Below are positions 48,724 to 58,627 of a DNA stretch of 64,000 nucleotides, piece after piece (position 1 is the first letter of the stretch; each line of letters begins with the position of its first letter). The position numbers and the translations under genes were made by a program. This stretch comes from an uncultured delta proteobacterium (GTDB lineage: Bacteria > Desulfobacterota > Desulfobacteria > Desulfobacterales > B30-G6), in contig CAWGLD010000007.1 in NCBI GenBank assembly GCA_963823335.1, positions 96,001-160,000 on the forward strand, in the 5' to 3' direction. The notes below the pieces were generated by a model that made no database searches, was not told the origin of the DNA, and saw only the letters and a program-made list of their open reading frames with translations.

Positions 48724-50637
48724 ATGCAGTTGGATGCACACATACCCGGTGGCCCGCTGGCCGATAAATGGGACAAGCATCGTTTTGACCTGAAACTGGT
48801 AAACCCGGCCAACAAGAGAAAATTCACCATTATCGTCGTCGGCACGGGTCTGGCAGGCGGTGCTGCCGCGGCCTCTCTGGCGGAACTCGGTTACTTTGTG
48901 AAAAACTTCTGTATTCAGGACTCCCCGAGGAGAGCTCACAGCATCGCGGCCCAGGGCGGTATCAACGCCGCCAAGAACTACCAGAATGAAGGCGACAGTA
49001 TCTGGCGTCTTTTTTACGACACCATCAAGGGGGGGGACTTTCGATCCAGGGAGGCAAACGTCTATCGCCTGGCCCAGATCAGTAATGCCATCATCGATCA
49101 GTGCGTCGCTCAGGGGGTCCCTTTTGCACGGGACTATGGCGGATTGCTGGCCAACCGATCCTTTGGCGGGGCGCAGGTTTCACGGACGTTTTACGCCAGA
49201 GGTCAAACAGGTCAGCAGCTGCTGCTGGGCGCATACAGTGCCCTCATGCGCCAGGTCTCTGCCGGGCGGGTGACCATGTTCCCCCGCCAGGAAATGCTGG
49301 ACGTGGTGATTGTCAATGGCCAGGCACGGGGTATCATCTCCAGGAACCTCATCACCGGGGATATCGAACGTCATGTTGCGGATGCCGTGGTGCTTTGTAC
49401 CGGCGGCTACGGAAACGTTTACTTTCTATCGACCAATGCTATGGCCAGCAATGTATCGGCCACCTTCCGTGCATACAAGAAAGGGGCCTGTTTTGCCAAC
49501 CCCTGTTTTACACAGATCCACCCCACCTGCATACCCGTGCATGGCACCTACCAGTCCAAACTGACGCTCATGAGCGAGAGCCTTCGAAACGATGGACGCG
49601 TGTGGGTCCCGAAAAAACCCGGAGATCAGAGACGCCCGAGCGATATTCCGGAATCCGAGCGTGATTATTACCTCGAAAACAAATACCCGAGCTTCGGCAA
49701 CCTGGTTCCACGGGATGTGGCTTCCAGAAATTCCAAGGATCAATGCGACATGGGCAAGGGTGTGGGTGAAACCGGTCTGGCTGTTTTTCTTGATTTCAAA
49801 GATGCCATCGAGCGGGACGGCAAGGATGTCATCGAAAAAAAATACGGCAACCTTTTTCAGATGTATGAAAAGATTACGGCGGACAACCCGTATGAGACAC
49901 CCATGATGATTTATCCGGCCGTCCACTATACCATGGGCGGTCTGTGGGTCGATTACAACCTGATGAGCAACCTCCCGGGACTTTTTGTGATGGGGGAAGC
50001 TAATTTTTCAGATCACGGGGCCAACCGGCTGGGCGCCAGCGCACTTATGCAGGGCCTGGCTGATGGTTACTTCATTATCCCCTATACCATTGGGGGCTAT
50101 CTTGCCGGAACGCACCTCGAACAGGTCAATGAAGACCAGACCGCGTTTGTGTCCGCCCTGAACCTGGCCCGGGAAAACACCGGCAAACTCCTGTCCATCA
50201 ACGGCAAACGGACCGTGGACGACTTCCACAGAGCCCTGGGCCTGATTATGTGGGATCACTGCGGCATGGCACGCAACAACGCCGATCTTGAAAAAGCCCG
50301 TAGTCAGATCCAGGTGCTGCGTGAAGAGTTCTGGGAAAACGTTACTGTCCCGGGCAAGGAAAGAGATTTCAACCAGAGTCTTGAAAGAGCCGGTAGAGTG
50401 GCTGATTTCCTGGAATTCGGAGAACTCATGGTCATGGATGCCCTGGAACGGCAGGAATCCTGCGGCGGTCATTTCAACGAGGCATATCAGACCGAAGAAA
50501 ATGAAGCCCAGCGAAACGATGAAAGCTATTGCCATGTGTCTGCCTGGGAATATAAAGGGCCGGACACAGATCCTGAAATGCACAAAGAACCCCTTGTCTT
50601 CGAGAATGTCAAATTAAGCCAAAGGAGTTACAAGTGA
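48724..50637 (+). CDS. sdhA: succinate dehydrogenase/fumarate reductase flavoprotein
   Basis: [24 protein letters not shown] and HGANRLG motifs; start MQLDAHIP after AGGAGG. Confidence 0.95.
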   Translation: MQLDAHIPGGPLADKWDKHRFDLKLVNPANKRKFTIIVVGTGLAGGAAAASLAELGYFVKNFCIQDSPRRAHSIAAQGGINAAKNYQNEGDSIWRLFYDTIKGGDFRSREANVYRLAQISNAIIDQCVAQGVPFARDYGGLLANRSFGGAQVSRTFYARGQTGQQLLLGAYSALMRQVSAGRVTMFPRQEMLDVVIVNGQARGIISRNLITGDIERHVADAVVLCTGGYGNVYFLSTNAMASNVSATFRAYKKGACFANPCFTQIHPTCIPVHGTYQSKLTLMSESLRNDGRVWVPKKPGDQRRPSDIPESERDYYLENKYPSFGNLVPRDVASRNSKDQCDMGKGVGETGLAVFLDFKDAIERDGKDVIEKKYGNLFQMYEKITADNPYETPMMIYPAVHYTMGGLWVDYNLMSNLPGLFVMGEANFSDHGANRLGASALMQGLADGYFIIPYTIGGYLAGTHLEQVNEDQTAFVSALNLARENTGKLLSINGKRTVDDFHRALGLIMWDHCGMARNNADLEKARSQIQVLREEFWENVTVPGKERDFNQSLERAGRVADFLEFGELMVMDALERQESCGGHFNEAYQTEENEAQRNDESYCHVSAWEYKGPDTDPEMHKEPLVFENVKLSQRSYK

Positions 50638-51398
50638 CAAAAGACATCCGCCTGACACTGAAAATATGGCGCCAGGAAAATTCCCATGCCAAAGGCCGTC
50701 TGGAAACATATTCTGCAGACAGTATCTCCACGGACATGTCGTTTCTGGAAATGCTCGATGTGGTCAACGAACAGCTGACACTCGCGGGCAAAGAACCCAT
50801 CGCGTTTGACTATGACTGCCGGGAAGGGATTTGCGGACAGTGCGGCTGCGTCGTCAACGGGCGTCCCCACGGGCCCGAAAAAACCACAACCCTGTGCCAG
50901 CTCCATATGCGCCATTTTTCAGATGGCGATACCCTCTATATCGAGCCCTTTCGCGCCAGAGCCTTCAAGGTGATCAAGGACCTCGTGGTGGACCGAAGCC
51001 CCTTTGACAAGATCATCCAGGCCGGCGGGTACATATCCGCCAATACCGGCGGCGCCCCGGATGCCAACACGATTCTCATCCCCCAGGACGTTGCCGAAAA
51101 AGCCATGGATGCTGCCGCGTGTATCGGCTGCGGCGCCTGTGTCGCAGCCTGCCCCAATGCCTCCGCCATGCTCTTTGTGGGGGCCAAGATCTCACATCTG
51201 GCGCTTCTGCCGCAGGGTCGTCCCGAGGCGGCCCAGCGGGTTCAGGCCATGCTGAAAGCCATGGACCAGCTCTGCTTCGGAAACTGTTCCAACGAACGGG
51301 AATGTGAAGCAGAATGCCCCAAAGAGATATCGATCGTCAACATCGCGCGCCTGAACCGTGAATATATCAAGGCAGGTCTTTTTTCCAGCGTTAAATAA
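50634..51398 (+). CDS. sdhB: succinate dehydrogenase/fumarate reductase Fe-S subunit
   Basis: [21 protein letters not shown] and C...EC...CP motifs. Confidence 0.95.
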   Translation: MTKDIRLTLKIWRQENSHAKGRLETYSADSISTDMSFLEMLDVVNEQLTLAGKEPIAFDYDCREGICGQCGCVVNGRPHGPEKTTTLCQLHMRHFSDGDTLYIEPFRARAFKVIKDLVVDRSPFDKIIQAGGYISANTGGAPDANTILIPQDVAEKAMDAAACIGCGACVAACPNASAMLFVGAKISHLALLPQGRPEAAQRVQAMLKAMDQLCFGNCSNERECEAECPKEISIVNIARLNREYIKAGLFSSVK

Positions 51399-51403
51399 AA
51401 ACA

Positions 51404-51483
51404 ATCACGAAAACACGAAACCTGAAAAGCACGAAGTTTTTCATTGTCTTTTTCGTGATTTCGTCCTTTCGTGATTTCGTGAT
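51404..51483. repeat. solo hairpin with inverted (CACGAAA)n arms, copy 1
   Basis: ATCACGAAAACACGAAA...GCACGAA / TTCGTGATTTCG...TTTCGTGATTTCGTGAT. Confidence 0.8.
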
Positions 51484-51485
51484 AA

Positions 51486-51575
51486 AGGGGTTGACAGAAA
51501 AACGTTCCGATTGAGGACCTTTTTTCTGCTACAACCCCTTATGCCGCCATCCTAATTTTCGGAACATTATTATGA
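51486..51575 (+). repeat. 107-bp dispersed repeat, copy 3 (truncated; supplies the mscS ATG)
   Basis: Matches the other copies up to ...ACATTATTATGA, which contains ATG 51572. Confidence 0.85.
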
Positions 51576-52681
51576 ACCTCTGGAATCAAATACAACAATA
51601 TGTCAATAAGTTGACGGGAGACCCGTCATCCTATTCGTCAGTTTTCATCAAAGCACTGATAGCCATTTTTCTGGCTTTCATGCTTTGGTTTCTGCTGAAA
51701 CTCCTGCTGGCGTTCCTTCAGAGAAAGGGCCGTCAATTCGAAATCATTCGTGACAATGCCATTATTTTTAAATCCTTTGGCCGGGCTGTCACCATCGTCA
51801 TCCTGTTTTCCACGGGTATTTATATTTTCCGGCTGGTGAATACGCCTATTTTAGAATCCGCCTGTCAGGCTCTGATGATGCTGTTTCTGGCTGCCCCGGC
51901 GGTAAGGGTCACCATCGTCATCCTGAAAACACTTGAAAAAAAAATTGTCAGCCAGACTGAGACCAAGGTGGACAATGTCATATTCGATCTTCTGACGCGC
52001 TTTGTAGGCGTGATTATATACACGATTGCCATCATCCTGGCCCTCGACCTCCTGGGTGTCAATGTAATGCCCTTTATCGCCGGTGCGGGCGTTTTAGGGC
52101 TCGCCATCGGTTTCGCGGCAAAAGACACCTTGTCAAATCTGATAGCCGGAGTGCTTCTGATCATCGACCGGCCCTTCGAGATTGGTGACCGCATCGAAGT
52201 CTGGACGGCTCCTTCCGGGAGCGCCACCTGGGGTGACGTCATCGATATCGGCATCCGGGCTACCAAGATAAAGACCACCGACAATATCGTCATCATCATT
52301 CCCAACAACGAGATCATGAAAAGAGATATCATCAATTACACGATCATATCTTCCAAAATCCGTGTGCGCATCAATATCGGCGTCGCTTACGCTACCGACC
52401 TGTCCAAAGCCAAGAAAGTCATCCTCGATATTGCCGATGGCATCGAATGGATTGCCAAGAATCCCAAACCGAAAGTAGTGGTCAGAGTGTTTGGTGAATC
52501 CTCTGTCGATCTCCAGGTGCGCGTCTGGATCAAGGATGCCAGAAAACGGATGGACACCATTTCCGAGATGACGGACAGGGTCAAAGAGGCCTTTGACCGA
52601 CAGGGTATCGAGATACCCTACCCCAAAAGGGATATCGTCATTACGCATCGGCAATCTGAGCCGGTGCAAAAAAACGAATGA
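51572..52681 (+). CDS. MscS-family mechanosensitive channel
   Basis: GLAIGFAAKD.LSN, RPF..GD, IPN and IEIPYP motifs. Confidence 0.92.
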   Translation: MNLWNQIQQYVNKLTGDPSSYSSVFIKALIAIFLAFMLWFLLKLLLAFLQRKGRQFEIIRDNAIIFKSFGRAVTIVILFSTGIYIFRLVNTPILESACQALMMLFLAAPAVRVTIVILKTLEKKIVSQTETKVDNVIFDLLTRFVGVIIYTIAIILALDLLGVNVMPFIAGAGVLGLAIGFAAKDTLSNLIAGVLLIIDRPFEIGDRIEVWTAPSGSATWGDVIDIGIRATKIKTTDNIVIIIPNNEIMKRDIINYTIISSKIRVRINIGVAYATDLSKAKKVILDIADGIEWIAKNPKPKVVVRVFGESSVDLQVRVWIKDARKRMDTISEMTDRVKEAFDRQGIEIPYPKRDIVITHRQSEPVQKNE

Positions 52682-52809
52682 ACATCGAACATCGAACGTC
52701 CAACATCGAATTTTGAATTTAAAAAAATGAAGAAACAGAAATAATTCGGTATTGGTTTTTTGTTTTCATTCGACATTGGACGTTCGATGTTGGCTGTTGG
52801 ACGTTCATC
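52661..52809. repeat. solo hairpin element with inverted (AACATCG)n arms, copy 2
   Basis: Homologous to 47911-48039; provides the last codons and stop of mscS. Confidence 0.85.
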
Positions 52810-52885
52810 TTTTGATAAAAAAAAGGGCCCCGAAAGTCCGGGGGGTCGCAATCGGTATGCAACCCCTTGGACCCTTGGACCCATA

Positions 52886-52988
52886 TTAGCCTTTTAGCGT
52901 TTTAGACTGTAGACTATCAGGTGCTCTTTGCTAACAGCCGTCAGCTACCCTCGAACCCTTGTATCACCCTCGGCCCCTCGAACCCTTT
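52886..52988. repeat. diverged single copy of the 103-bp repeat unit
   Basis: AGCCTTTTAGCGTTTTAGACTGTAGACT...TCAGCTACCCTCGAACCCTTGTATCACCCTC. Confidence 0.75.
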
Positions 52989-52993
52989 ATTTC

Positions 52994-53950
52994 TCATTTG
53001 TACTTCACCAGATCGTTGGGGTTGAAGCCGGCACCCGATTTTATGGTGGCCACAGATCCATCGTTGCCGAAATATCCTGTAACCATAAGCTCGCCTTTGA
53101 CCTGTCCCGGGGCCCTGCCCAGGGATACGTTTGTCTGAGGATCGATAATCTCCTCTCCCAGTTCCTGCACCATCAGAAGGTCGCCCACTTTCAAACCGGT
53201 TTTCTGCCCGGCGTTCAAGTAGACCGTCCGGCCTTTGACGCTGGCGATTCGACCACTCCACTCCTGACGTTCAAACTGTGGCAGCATGTTCACCATGGCT
53301 TTGGTCAATGCATCCCGCAAGGCACCGTCCCGCAGGTCGGCGTCGTAGCTCGCCTTTGAGCCTAACCCAAGTGCGCCACCGGTTTGCTTTTCATAAACAC
53401 CCTGCCCGGAATCGGCGACCATCTGGATCCCTGTTGTCGTGTCGACGATCCGGTAATCCACGGTGACCCGGGCAATCTGTTTCTTCTTTTTGTAAACCAG
53501 ATAGTCGGCTCCCTCTTCAGCCTCGGAATAGGCCGTAATTGCACCGGTGACCATGGCATTCAATCCCAGTATCTTACCCATTTTTGCAGCAGTGGCCGGA
53601 TTTACGGCGCCTGAAGCGCCCATCGCCTGCTGATCCAGTATTGAGGAGACATCCTGCTGTGGGATAATGATGAACCGGCCGGTCTTTTGAAGAATGGTTC
53701 CCAGAATATCCGCCGCTGCTTCACCAATACCGATATGTTTCGAGGGTGTCTTGTTCAGGAAATTAACGACCCCCACCCGAAGTTTCGGGCCGGTATAATC
53801 TCCCGCGGGAGCCAGCTGATCTGAAACACCTGTAAGCGAAGAATCGTCACGCACCGCCCCGGATGTCTTTACAGCACATCCATTGAAAACCAATACGGCT
53901 GCCATGAGAAGTAACGCCCCCAGCAGATAAATGTTTTTAGTCTTGATCAT
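52994..53950 (-). CDS. CsgG/HfaB-family lipoprotein with FlgT-like C-terminal domain
   Basis: Lipobox FNGC; CsgG-like core (GKILG...GAITAYS...VDYRIVDTTTG); C-terminal VYLNAG..GLKVGD. Confidence 0.75.
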   Translation of the reverse strand: MIKTKNIYLLGALLLMAAVLVFNGCAVKTSGAVRDDSSLTGVSDQLAPAGDYTGPKLRVGVVNFLNKTPSKHIGIGEAAADILGTILQKTGRFIIIPQQDVSSILDQQAMGASGAVNPATAAKMGKILGLNAMVTGAITAYSEAEEGADYLVYKKKKQIARVTVDYRIVDTTTGIQMVADSGQGVYEKQTGGALGLGSKASYDADLRDGALRDALTKAMVNMLPQFERQEWSGRIASVKGRTVYLNAGQKTGLKVGDLLMVQELGEEIIDPQTNVSLGRAPGQVKGELMVTGYFGNDGSVATIKSGAGFNPNDLVKYK

Positions 53951-53978
53951 GTTTTGCCTCCTAAATTAGGTTTCAATG

Positions 53979-55337
53979 TTATTCCATGACTATTTCCAAA
54001 AAGTTGCTGGTTTCCGTGAAATCTCCCGGCACTTCAAAGAGGTCTGCCGGCGGCGTCCCCATGACGATACCCGTTAAGGTGGATGTCATCTTGACGGTCG
54101 CGTTGTCGATTTCACTTCGGATCGTCATGCCACCCAGGTCCGTTGCATTCCAGATGAGACCCTGCTGTGTTTCCTGTCCCTGGTAGGTTACCGTTATCCG
54201 ATATTTCTCGGTGGGATGGCCATCGATGGTCTCGTTGGCCACAAAGGTTTTTTTAATATCCGGTTCCGCGTAGTAGCCTTCGTCCGTTTCATCACTGACC
54301 ATATACTTCTTCTTATTTGTGTAAAGAGAGTAGGTGCGTTTTTCCTCCCCCCGGTGGATCATCACCACACTGCTCATGGCCGGCGGCATGCCCTGGGCCC
54401 CTGACATCTTGGTGTAGTCCATTTCCATGCGGAATTTTTCACCGGCCTTGGCGATGGGCATCTCAAAAGAAAATTCCCGCCCCTGCGACTTGTCCAGGGT
54501 TGTCGACACCATGACAGCCTTGAAATCCTTATCGCCATAATTCATGTGACCCATAGCGGGCGGTGGCGGCATCTGAATATTGGGCATGGCAATGGCCGGT
54601 ACCGCCATCAGAATGGGAGCCACGGTATCCCCTGCGCCCCAGGGCAGGTTTTGCACGAGTCGCCATATCATTTCGTCGGTTTCCTCGGCCAGATGGATAC
54701 CCACGGCTTTTGAAATCAGCTTCCCGGCCAGTCCCGATGCAAGTCCCTCCAGGACGCTCTGGTTACTCGATGTATTCTCGACGACGACCCATGGAACCTC
54801 TTCATCACGGCTGCCGGTACTCGCGATTGCACCTGTAAGACTCCCTACAATACCGCCTGATGTGTCCTGACTTTTGATCCCGATACCATTTTCCCAGAAA
54901 ACCGACAAAGTACTTGTTTCTATTATCTGGAACTTGCCCCGGACTTTGCGCACGTTGACGAGACCGGTGGTGGTCTCCTCAAAATTCATGAGGGTCCCAT
55001 AGAGAAGCCCTTCCACCTGGAGTGCTTCACGGAGCTGGGCCGTCGTCGCCAGACCCAACTGACCCCCGAGGGTGATTCCCAGTTGATCTCTCAGAATGCG
55101 ATCCGTCTCCTCCAAAGGCTGTACATTATAAAATCGTTTCTGCATTGCCGCAGCCAGTTTTTCACGCACAAAGTCTGGTGCCTCGACATCCATCGTGTCG
55201 TTTTTAAGGGGCAGCATTGCCAGGCGTTTGATGGGATTGGTGGAATCGGGTGTCGGCCCCATGACGGGCATGCCGGTACAGCCCCCCAGAAGCACCAGCA
55301 GCAGAAAGAGCATCATCAACAGGTGGAATCTTCTCAT
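53979..55337 (-). CDS. lipoprotein, DUF799/GNA1162-like N-domain plus DUF4412-like C-domain
   Basis: Lipobox LGGC; LAMLPLKNDT; C-terminal ETIDGHPTEKY...LFEVP.DF. Confidence 0.6.
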   Translation of the reverse strand: MRRFHLLMMLFLLLVLLGGCTGMPVMGPTPDSTNPIKRLAMLPLKNDTMDVEAPDFVREKLAAAMQKRFYNVQPLEETDRILRDQLGITLGGQLGLATTAQLREALQVEGLLYGTLMNFEETTTGLVNVRKVRGKFQIIETSTLSVFWENGIGIKSQDTSGGIVGSLTGAIASTGSRDEEVPWVVVENTSSNQSVLEGLASGLAGKLISKAVGIHLAEETDEMIWRLVQNLPWGAGDTVAPILMAVPAIAMPNIQMPPPPAMGHMNYGDKDFKAVMVSTTLDKSQGREFSFEMPIAKAGEKFRMEMDYTKMSGAQGMPPAMSSVVMIHRGEEKRTYSLYTNKKKYMVSDETDEGYYAEPDIKKTFVANETIDGHPTEKYRITVTYQGQETQQGLIWNATDLGGMTIRSEIDNATVKMTSTLTGIVMGTPPADLFEVPGDFTETSNFLEIVME

Positions 55338-55410
55338 GGTTACCTCCGGACAAATTAATGAAGAAAAACGGCCATGCCGCGTTCGATAAATTTGTGTAAC
55401 GAATTTATTT

Positions 55411-56613
55411 CTACTTCATTTTCAAGTTGACACTGTTCTGCGTGACGTTGGTGATGTCAATCGCAAATCCGCCGTAATCGATCACCACCAGCTCGTCGGC
55501 CAGCTTTTGGGATGTCATCGGAACATTCAGGTCCAGTGTTGCTGTCCCGGCATTGAAATCGCGCTGGTACAATCCACCGACCCCCCTGATCCGTTTCTGA
55601 ATCATCTCCTTGAGTTTCACCAGGTGGTTGTACGATGGAATATCGGACACCACCAACCGTATCAGGCCACCACTGCCGACATCCTGTGACCATTGGTTTA
55701 CGATCTGGGTGAGAAGCTGGTCGGCAATGCCATCTGCCGCGAGCTTGAGCGCATCCGCCCCGGCCGTAATCTCGTTGGGATGCACAGCTGCCGCATGATG
55801 CGTGGACGATGCAATGACCCGGCCGGTATCGGTATTGACAACACGTAGAGAAATGTCCGCCTGGGCGGATTTCATGGATGATCCCAAGACCGAACCTGCC
55901 AGCTTGGAAAGTGCTTTACCATAAATCACGACTTCGGCATCATAGAGGTTGCCGATGCTTCTAAGAGCGTCATTGCTGAGGGACTCGATCTTGTAGGGGG
56001 CTTCGATTTCCAGTGTTTTTGACGTCATTGCGTGATCTACGACATGAAACCCCTTGCCGTTCAGTTTTTCCATCAGAACATTTTCGGTAATGCTGAGATC
56101 TGCGGTGCCGGCTTTGACCCCCCACCAATAACTGTAGTAATGCATCCCGACATTCTGCTCAGCCACCATGATCATGACCCGGGGCATATTCTTCCTGGCC
56201 ATGAGCAACCCCAGAGCCTGGATGTCATTTTTCAAGTTCCCTGCCGCCACGGAAGCCTGAATCGTCACCTTGTACAGATTGCCCTGGATTGACTCGTTTG
56301 TCACCTCATAGCGCTGGATATAGCCCTGGCTCTTTGAATAGACCTGATCCCGCAGTACTTCGTAATTTTGAACCAGGGTTTCTGACGACACCATGGTACC
56401 GGCAGCTTGCTCCACGACCAGTCGGAGTGCATCCTGGATCGCCTGATCTCTTGCCAGGGCCTTATTGTCGTCGACAATCACGCCAACGCCTTCTGCCGAG
56501 GCGTTGATTGCTTCAGCCGATTGACTGGCAGATGCCGCTGTTGCAGAAAAAAGGTGGAGTAAAACAGACGATACACAAAGAATTGACAGAAAAAAATAGA
56601 CAAATGGCTTCAT
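55411..56613 (-). CDS. exported protein with FlgT N-terminal-like domain
   Basis: Signal peptide; AEG.G.....ARDQAIQDALR..VEQ..G. Confidence 0.65.
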   Translation of the reverse strand: MKPFVYFFLSILCVSSVLLHLFSATAASASQSAEAINASAEGVGVIVDDNKALARDQAIQDALRLVVEQAAGTMVSSETLVQNYEVLRDQVYSKSQGYIQRYEVTNESIQGNLYKVTIQASVAAGNLKNDIQALGLLMARKNMPRVMIMVAEQNVGMHYYSYWWGVKAGTADLSITENVLMEKLNGKGFHVVDHAMTSKTLEIEAPYKIESLSNDALRSIGNLYDAEVVIYGKALSKLAGSVLGSSMKSAQADISLRVVNTDTGRVIASSTHHAAAVHPNEITAGADALKLAADGIADQLLTQIVNQWSQDVGSGGLIRLVVSDIPSYNHLVKLKEMIQKRIRGVGGLYQRDFNAGTATLDLNVPMTSQKLADELVVIDYGGFAIDITNVTQNSVNLKMK

Positions 56614-56733
56614 GATCCGCCCTCCGATTAATATCTGTGTATCTGCTGAGGTGTGTTGAAAAACCCGTAAACGATGGCATAATTCATGGGGTGTGTCAAG
56701 CACGGAACGCGCGTAAGCAAGCGTTGCCGCTGT

Positions 56734-57153
56734 TCAAGGGTCTCTGCTGGAGAGTGTCTTTTTTACCATGGCTTTGATCCCATGGGGTGGGGCCTTTCTA
56801 TTCATTCCGGGGCACATGGATGCCATGATGTTCCAGTTGTCGAAGTCGATCAGAAGGCTCTCGATATAGGGCCACTTGCGACACAGTTTGGGTTTTACAG
56901 GATGAATCGTACATACCTTATCCCAGAACACGCAATGACCATCAACCTGCTGAGCCAGAACCGGTCTGCCTCCAGACAGGCAGCAGAATTTTTCCACAAA
57001 CCGGTGTGGGTCGACACCGATATGGATTGAGATTTTCTCGATATCCTGGTCGGTGACAAAGGTACCGCCATAACCGATACAACACTCTCCACATTGTGTG
57101 CAGGAAAAAGCCGAGGCGTCGGAATCCTTTTCCAGATCTTCATCAGAGGGCAT
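56734..57153 (-). CDS. YkgJ-family cysteine cluster protein
   Basis: CTQCGECC, CVF, CTIH..KP..CR.WP motifs. Confidence 0.88.
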   Translation of the reverse strand: MPSDEDLEKDSDASAFSCTQCGECCIGYGGTFVTDQDIEKISIHIGVDPHRFVEKFCCLSGGRPVLAQQVDGHCVFWDKVCTIHPVKPKLCRKWPYIESLLIDFDNWNIMASMCPGMNRKAPPHGIKAMVKKTLSSRDP

Positions 57154-57742
57154 GCCGTGTCTCCATGGCCCGCCGCAGGGTTACCTGATCCACGTACTTG
57201 AGATCCCCACCGATGGGAACACCGGATGCAATGCGGGTGACTTTGACGGGCGACAATCGCAACTTTTCCGCGATAAAACCGGCCGTGGACTCCCCTTCAA
57301 CGCTGGTGCTGGTTGCCAGAACCACCTCCGTAACCGTGCCCGAGGCAAGGCGTGCCAGCAATTCTTTGATGTTGATATCATCCGGGCCGATATTGTTCAT
57401 GGGCGAGAGAACTCCCTGCAAAATGTGGTAAAGCCCGCGGTATGCGCCGGATTTTTCGATGGATGCCATATCGCCCGGCTGCTCCACTACGCACACCAGA
57501 GCAGCATCTCTTGACGGGTCGCTGCATACTTTGCATGTCTCTGTATCGCTCAAGGCAAAACACATGGAGCAAATCTGGATGGTATCCTTCAATGCCAGGA
57601 TGCTTTGTGACAAGTGTTCAGCATCTCTGCGAGACATTTTCAGGATGTGCATGGCCAATCGCTCGGCCGTTTTTTCCCCAATGCCCGGAAGCCTGGAAAG
57701 GTGTTTAATCAGATTCAGAACCGAAGGGGGATAGTGATACAT
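57143..57742 (-). CDS. recR: recombination mediator RecR
   Basis: LPGIGEKTAERL, C4 zinc finger, Toprim domain. Confidence 0.97.
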   Translation of the reverse strand: MYHYPPSVLNLIKHLSRLPGIGEKTAERLAMHILKMSRRDAEHLSQSILALKDTIQICSMCFALSDTETCKVCSDPSRDAALVCVVEQPGDMASIEKSGAYRGLYHILQGVLSPMNNIGPDDINIKELLARLASGTVTEVVLATSTSVEGESTAGFIAEKLRLSPVKVTRIASGVPIGGDLKYVDQVTLRRAMETRHAL

Positions 57743-57805
57743 GATTTCATATCCTCATCGTGTTGGTTTGTAGGTATCCGGAGCTATAAGTATCTACACA
57801 ATAAC

Positions 57806-57940
57806 CCGGTGCAAAGAAACGAATGAACATCGAACATCGAACGCCCAACATCGAATGTTGAACCGAAAAAGCGGACGCATTCCCCGTAGCTTGCTGCGAG
57901 GTTCTTCAATTTAAAATATGAAGAAACAGCTATCGGTATT
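57806..57940. repeat. (AACATCG)n element, copy 3, interrupted and truncated
   Basis: Left arm and AAATATGAAGAAACAG core present, split by a 47-bp insert. Confidence 0.8.
57863..57909 (+). mobile_element. PATE-like element, minimal 47-bp form
   Basis: Inserted after TTGAA and ends in TTCAA with no target duplication, compared with the empty site at about 52721-52730. Confidence 0.8.
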
Positions 57941-57979
57941 GAACGGCAATAACGTGCACATTCCTCGTAGCGATCGGAT

Positions 57980-58291
57980 TTAAACGAGCCCCGGAATATT
58001 CATCCCACCGGTCAGCTTGTTCATCTCGCTCGACATCATTTCCTGTGATCGTGTCAAGGCATCATTGACTGCTGTGAGAACGAGGTCCTGGAGCATCTCC
58101 ACATCATCCGGATCCACGACTTCCTGCTTGATTTCAATGGTCACGATCTGTTGCCTGCCGTTGGCCACAACTCGGATCACACCGCCACCGGCGCTGGCTT
58201 CCACGGTTTTGTCCGCAAGTTCTTCCTGCACTCTCAGCATCTTTGTCTGAAGCTGCTGAGCCTGTTTCATCATTTTACCCATACCCTTCAT
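57980..58291 (-). CDS. ybaB: YbaB/EbfC nucleoid-associated protein
   Basis: MMKQAQ, AGGG and D.EMLQDL motifs; lies between dnaX and recR. Confidence 0.95.
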   Translation of the reverse strand: MKGMGKMMKQAQQLQTKMLRVQEELADKTVEASAGGGVIRVVANGRQQIVTIEIKQEVVDPDDVEMLQDLVLTAVNDALTRSQEMMSSEMNKLTGGMNIPGLV

Positions 58292-58335
58292 CCTATGCCT
58301 CCCAGCCCGGATAAACCGGAGAAAAAGATCTTTTA

Positions 58336-58436
58336 CCACGCAATCACGAAAGGTCGAAATCACGAAGAAACCCATGACATTTTTCGTGTTCTTCGAATTT
58401 ATCCTTTACGGATACTTCGTGCGTGTTTTCGTGATT
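58336..58436. repeat. solo hairpin with inverted (CACGAAA)n arms, copy 2
   Basis: GCAATCACGAAAGGTCGAAATCACGAAG ... TTTCGTG ... TTTTCGTGATTGC. Confidence 0.7.
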
Positions 58437-58481
58437 GCTTTTTTTTCTTACGAAACACACAACCTTTTACACTTAAAGAAC

Positions 58482-58627
58482 TAGAAGCCATCTCAAAAAA
58501 AGGGTTTTGGCTCAAGTTCAAGGCGGGCCCGAACTTCAACCCGCAGACATACTGAAGTATTCCGAGGAGTTGAAGCAAGGGACCAACACAGAAATTGGGT
58601 CAAAAAACTTTTTTGAGATAGCTTCTA
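58482..58627. mobile_element. MITE, 146 bp
   Basis: TIRs TAGAAGCCATCTCAAAAA / TTTTTGAGATAGCTTCTA; its end supplies the dnaX TAG stop. Confidence 0.8.
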
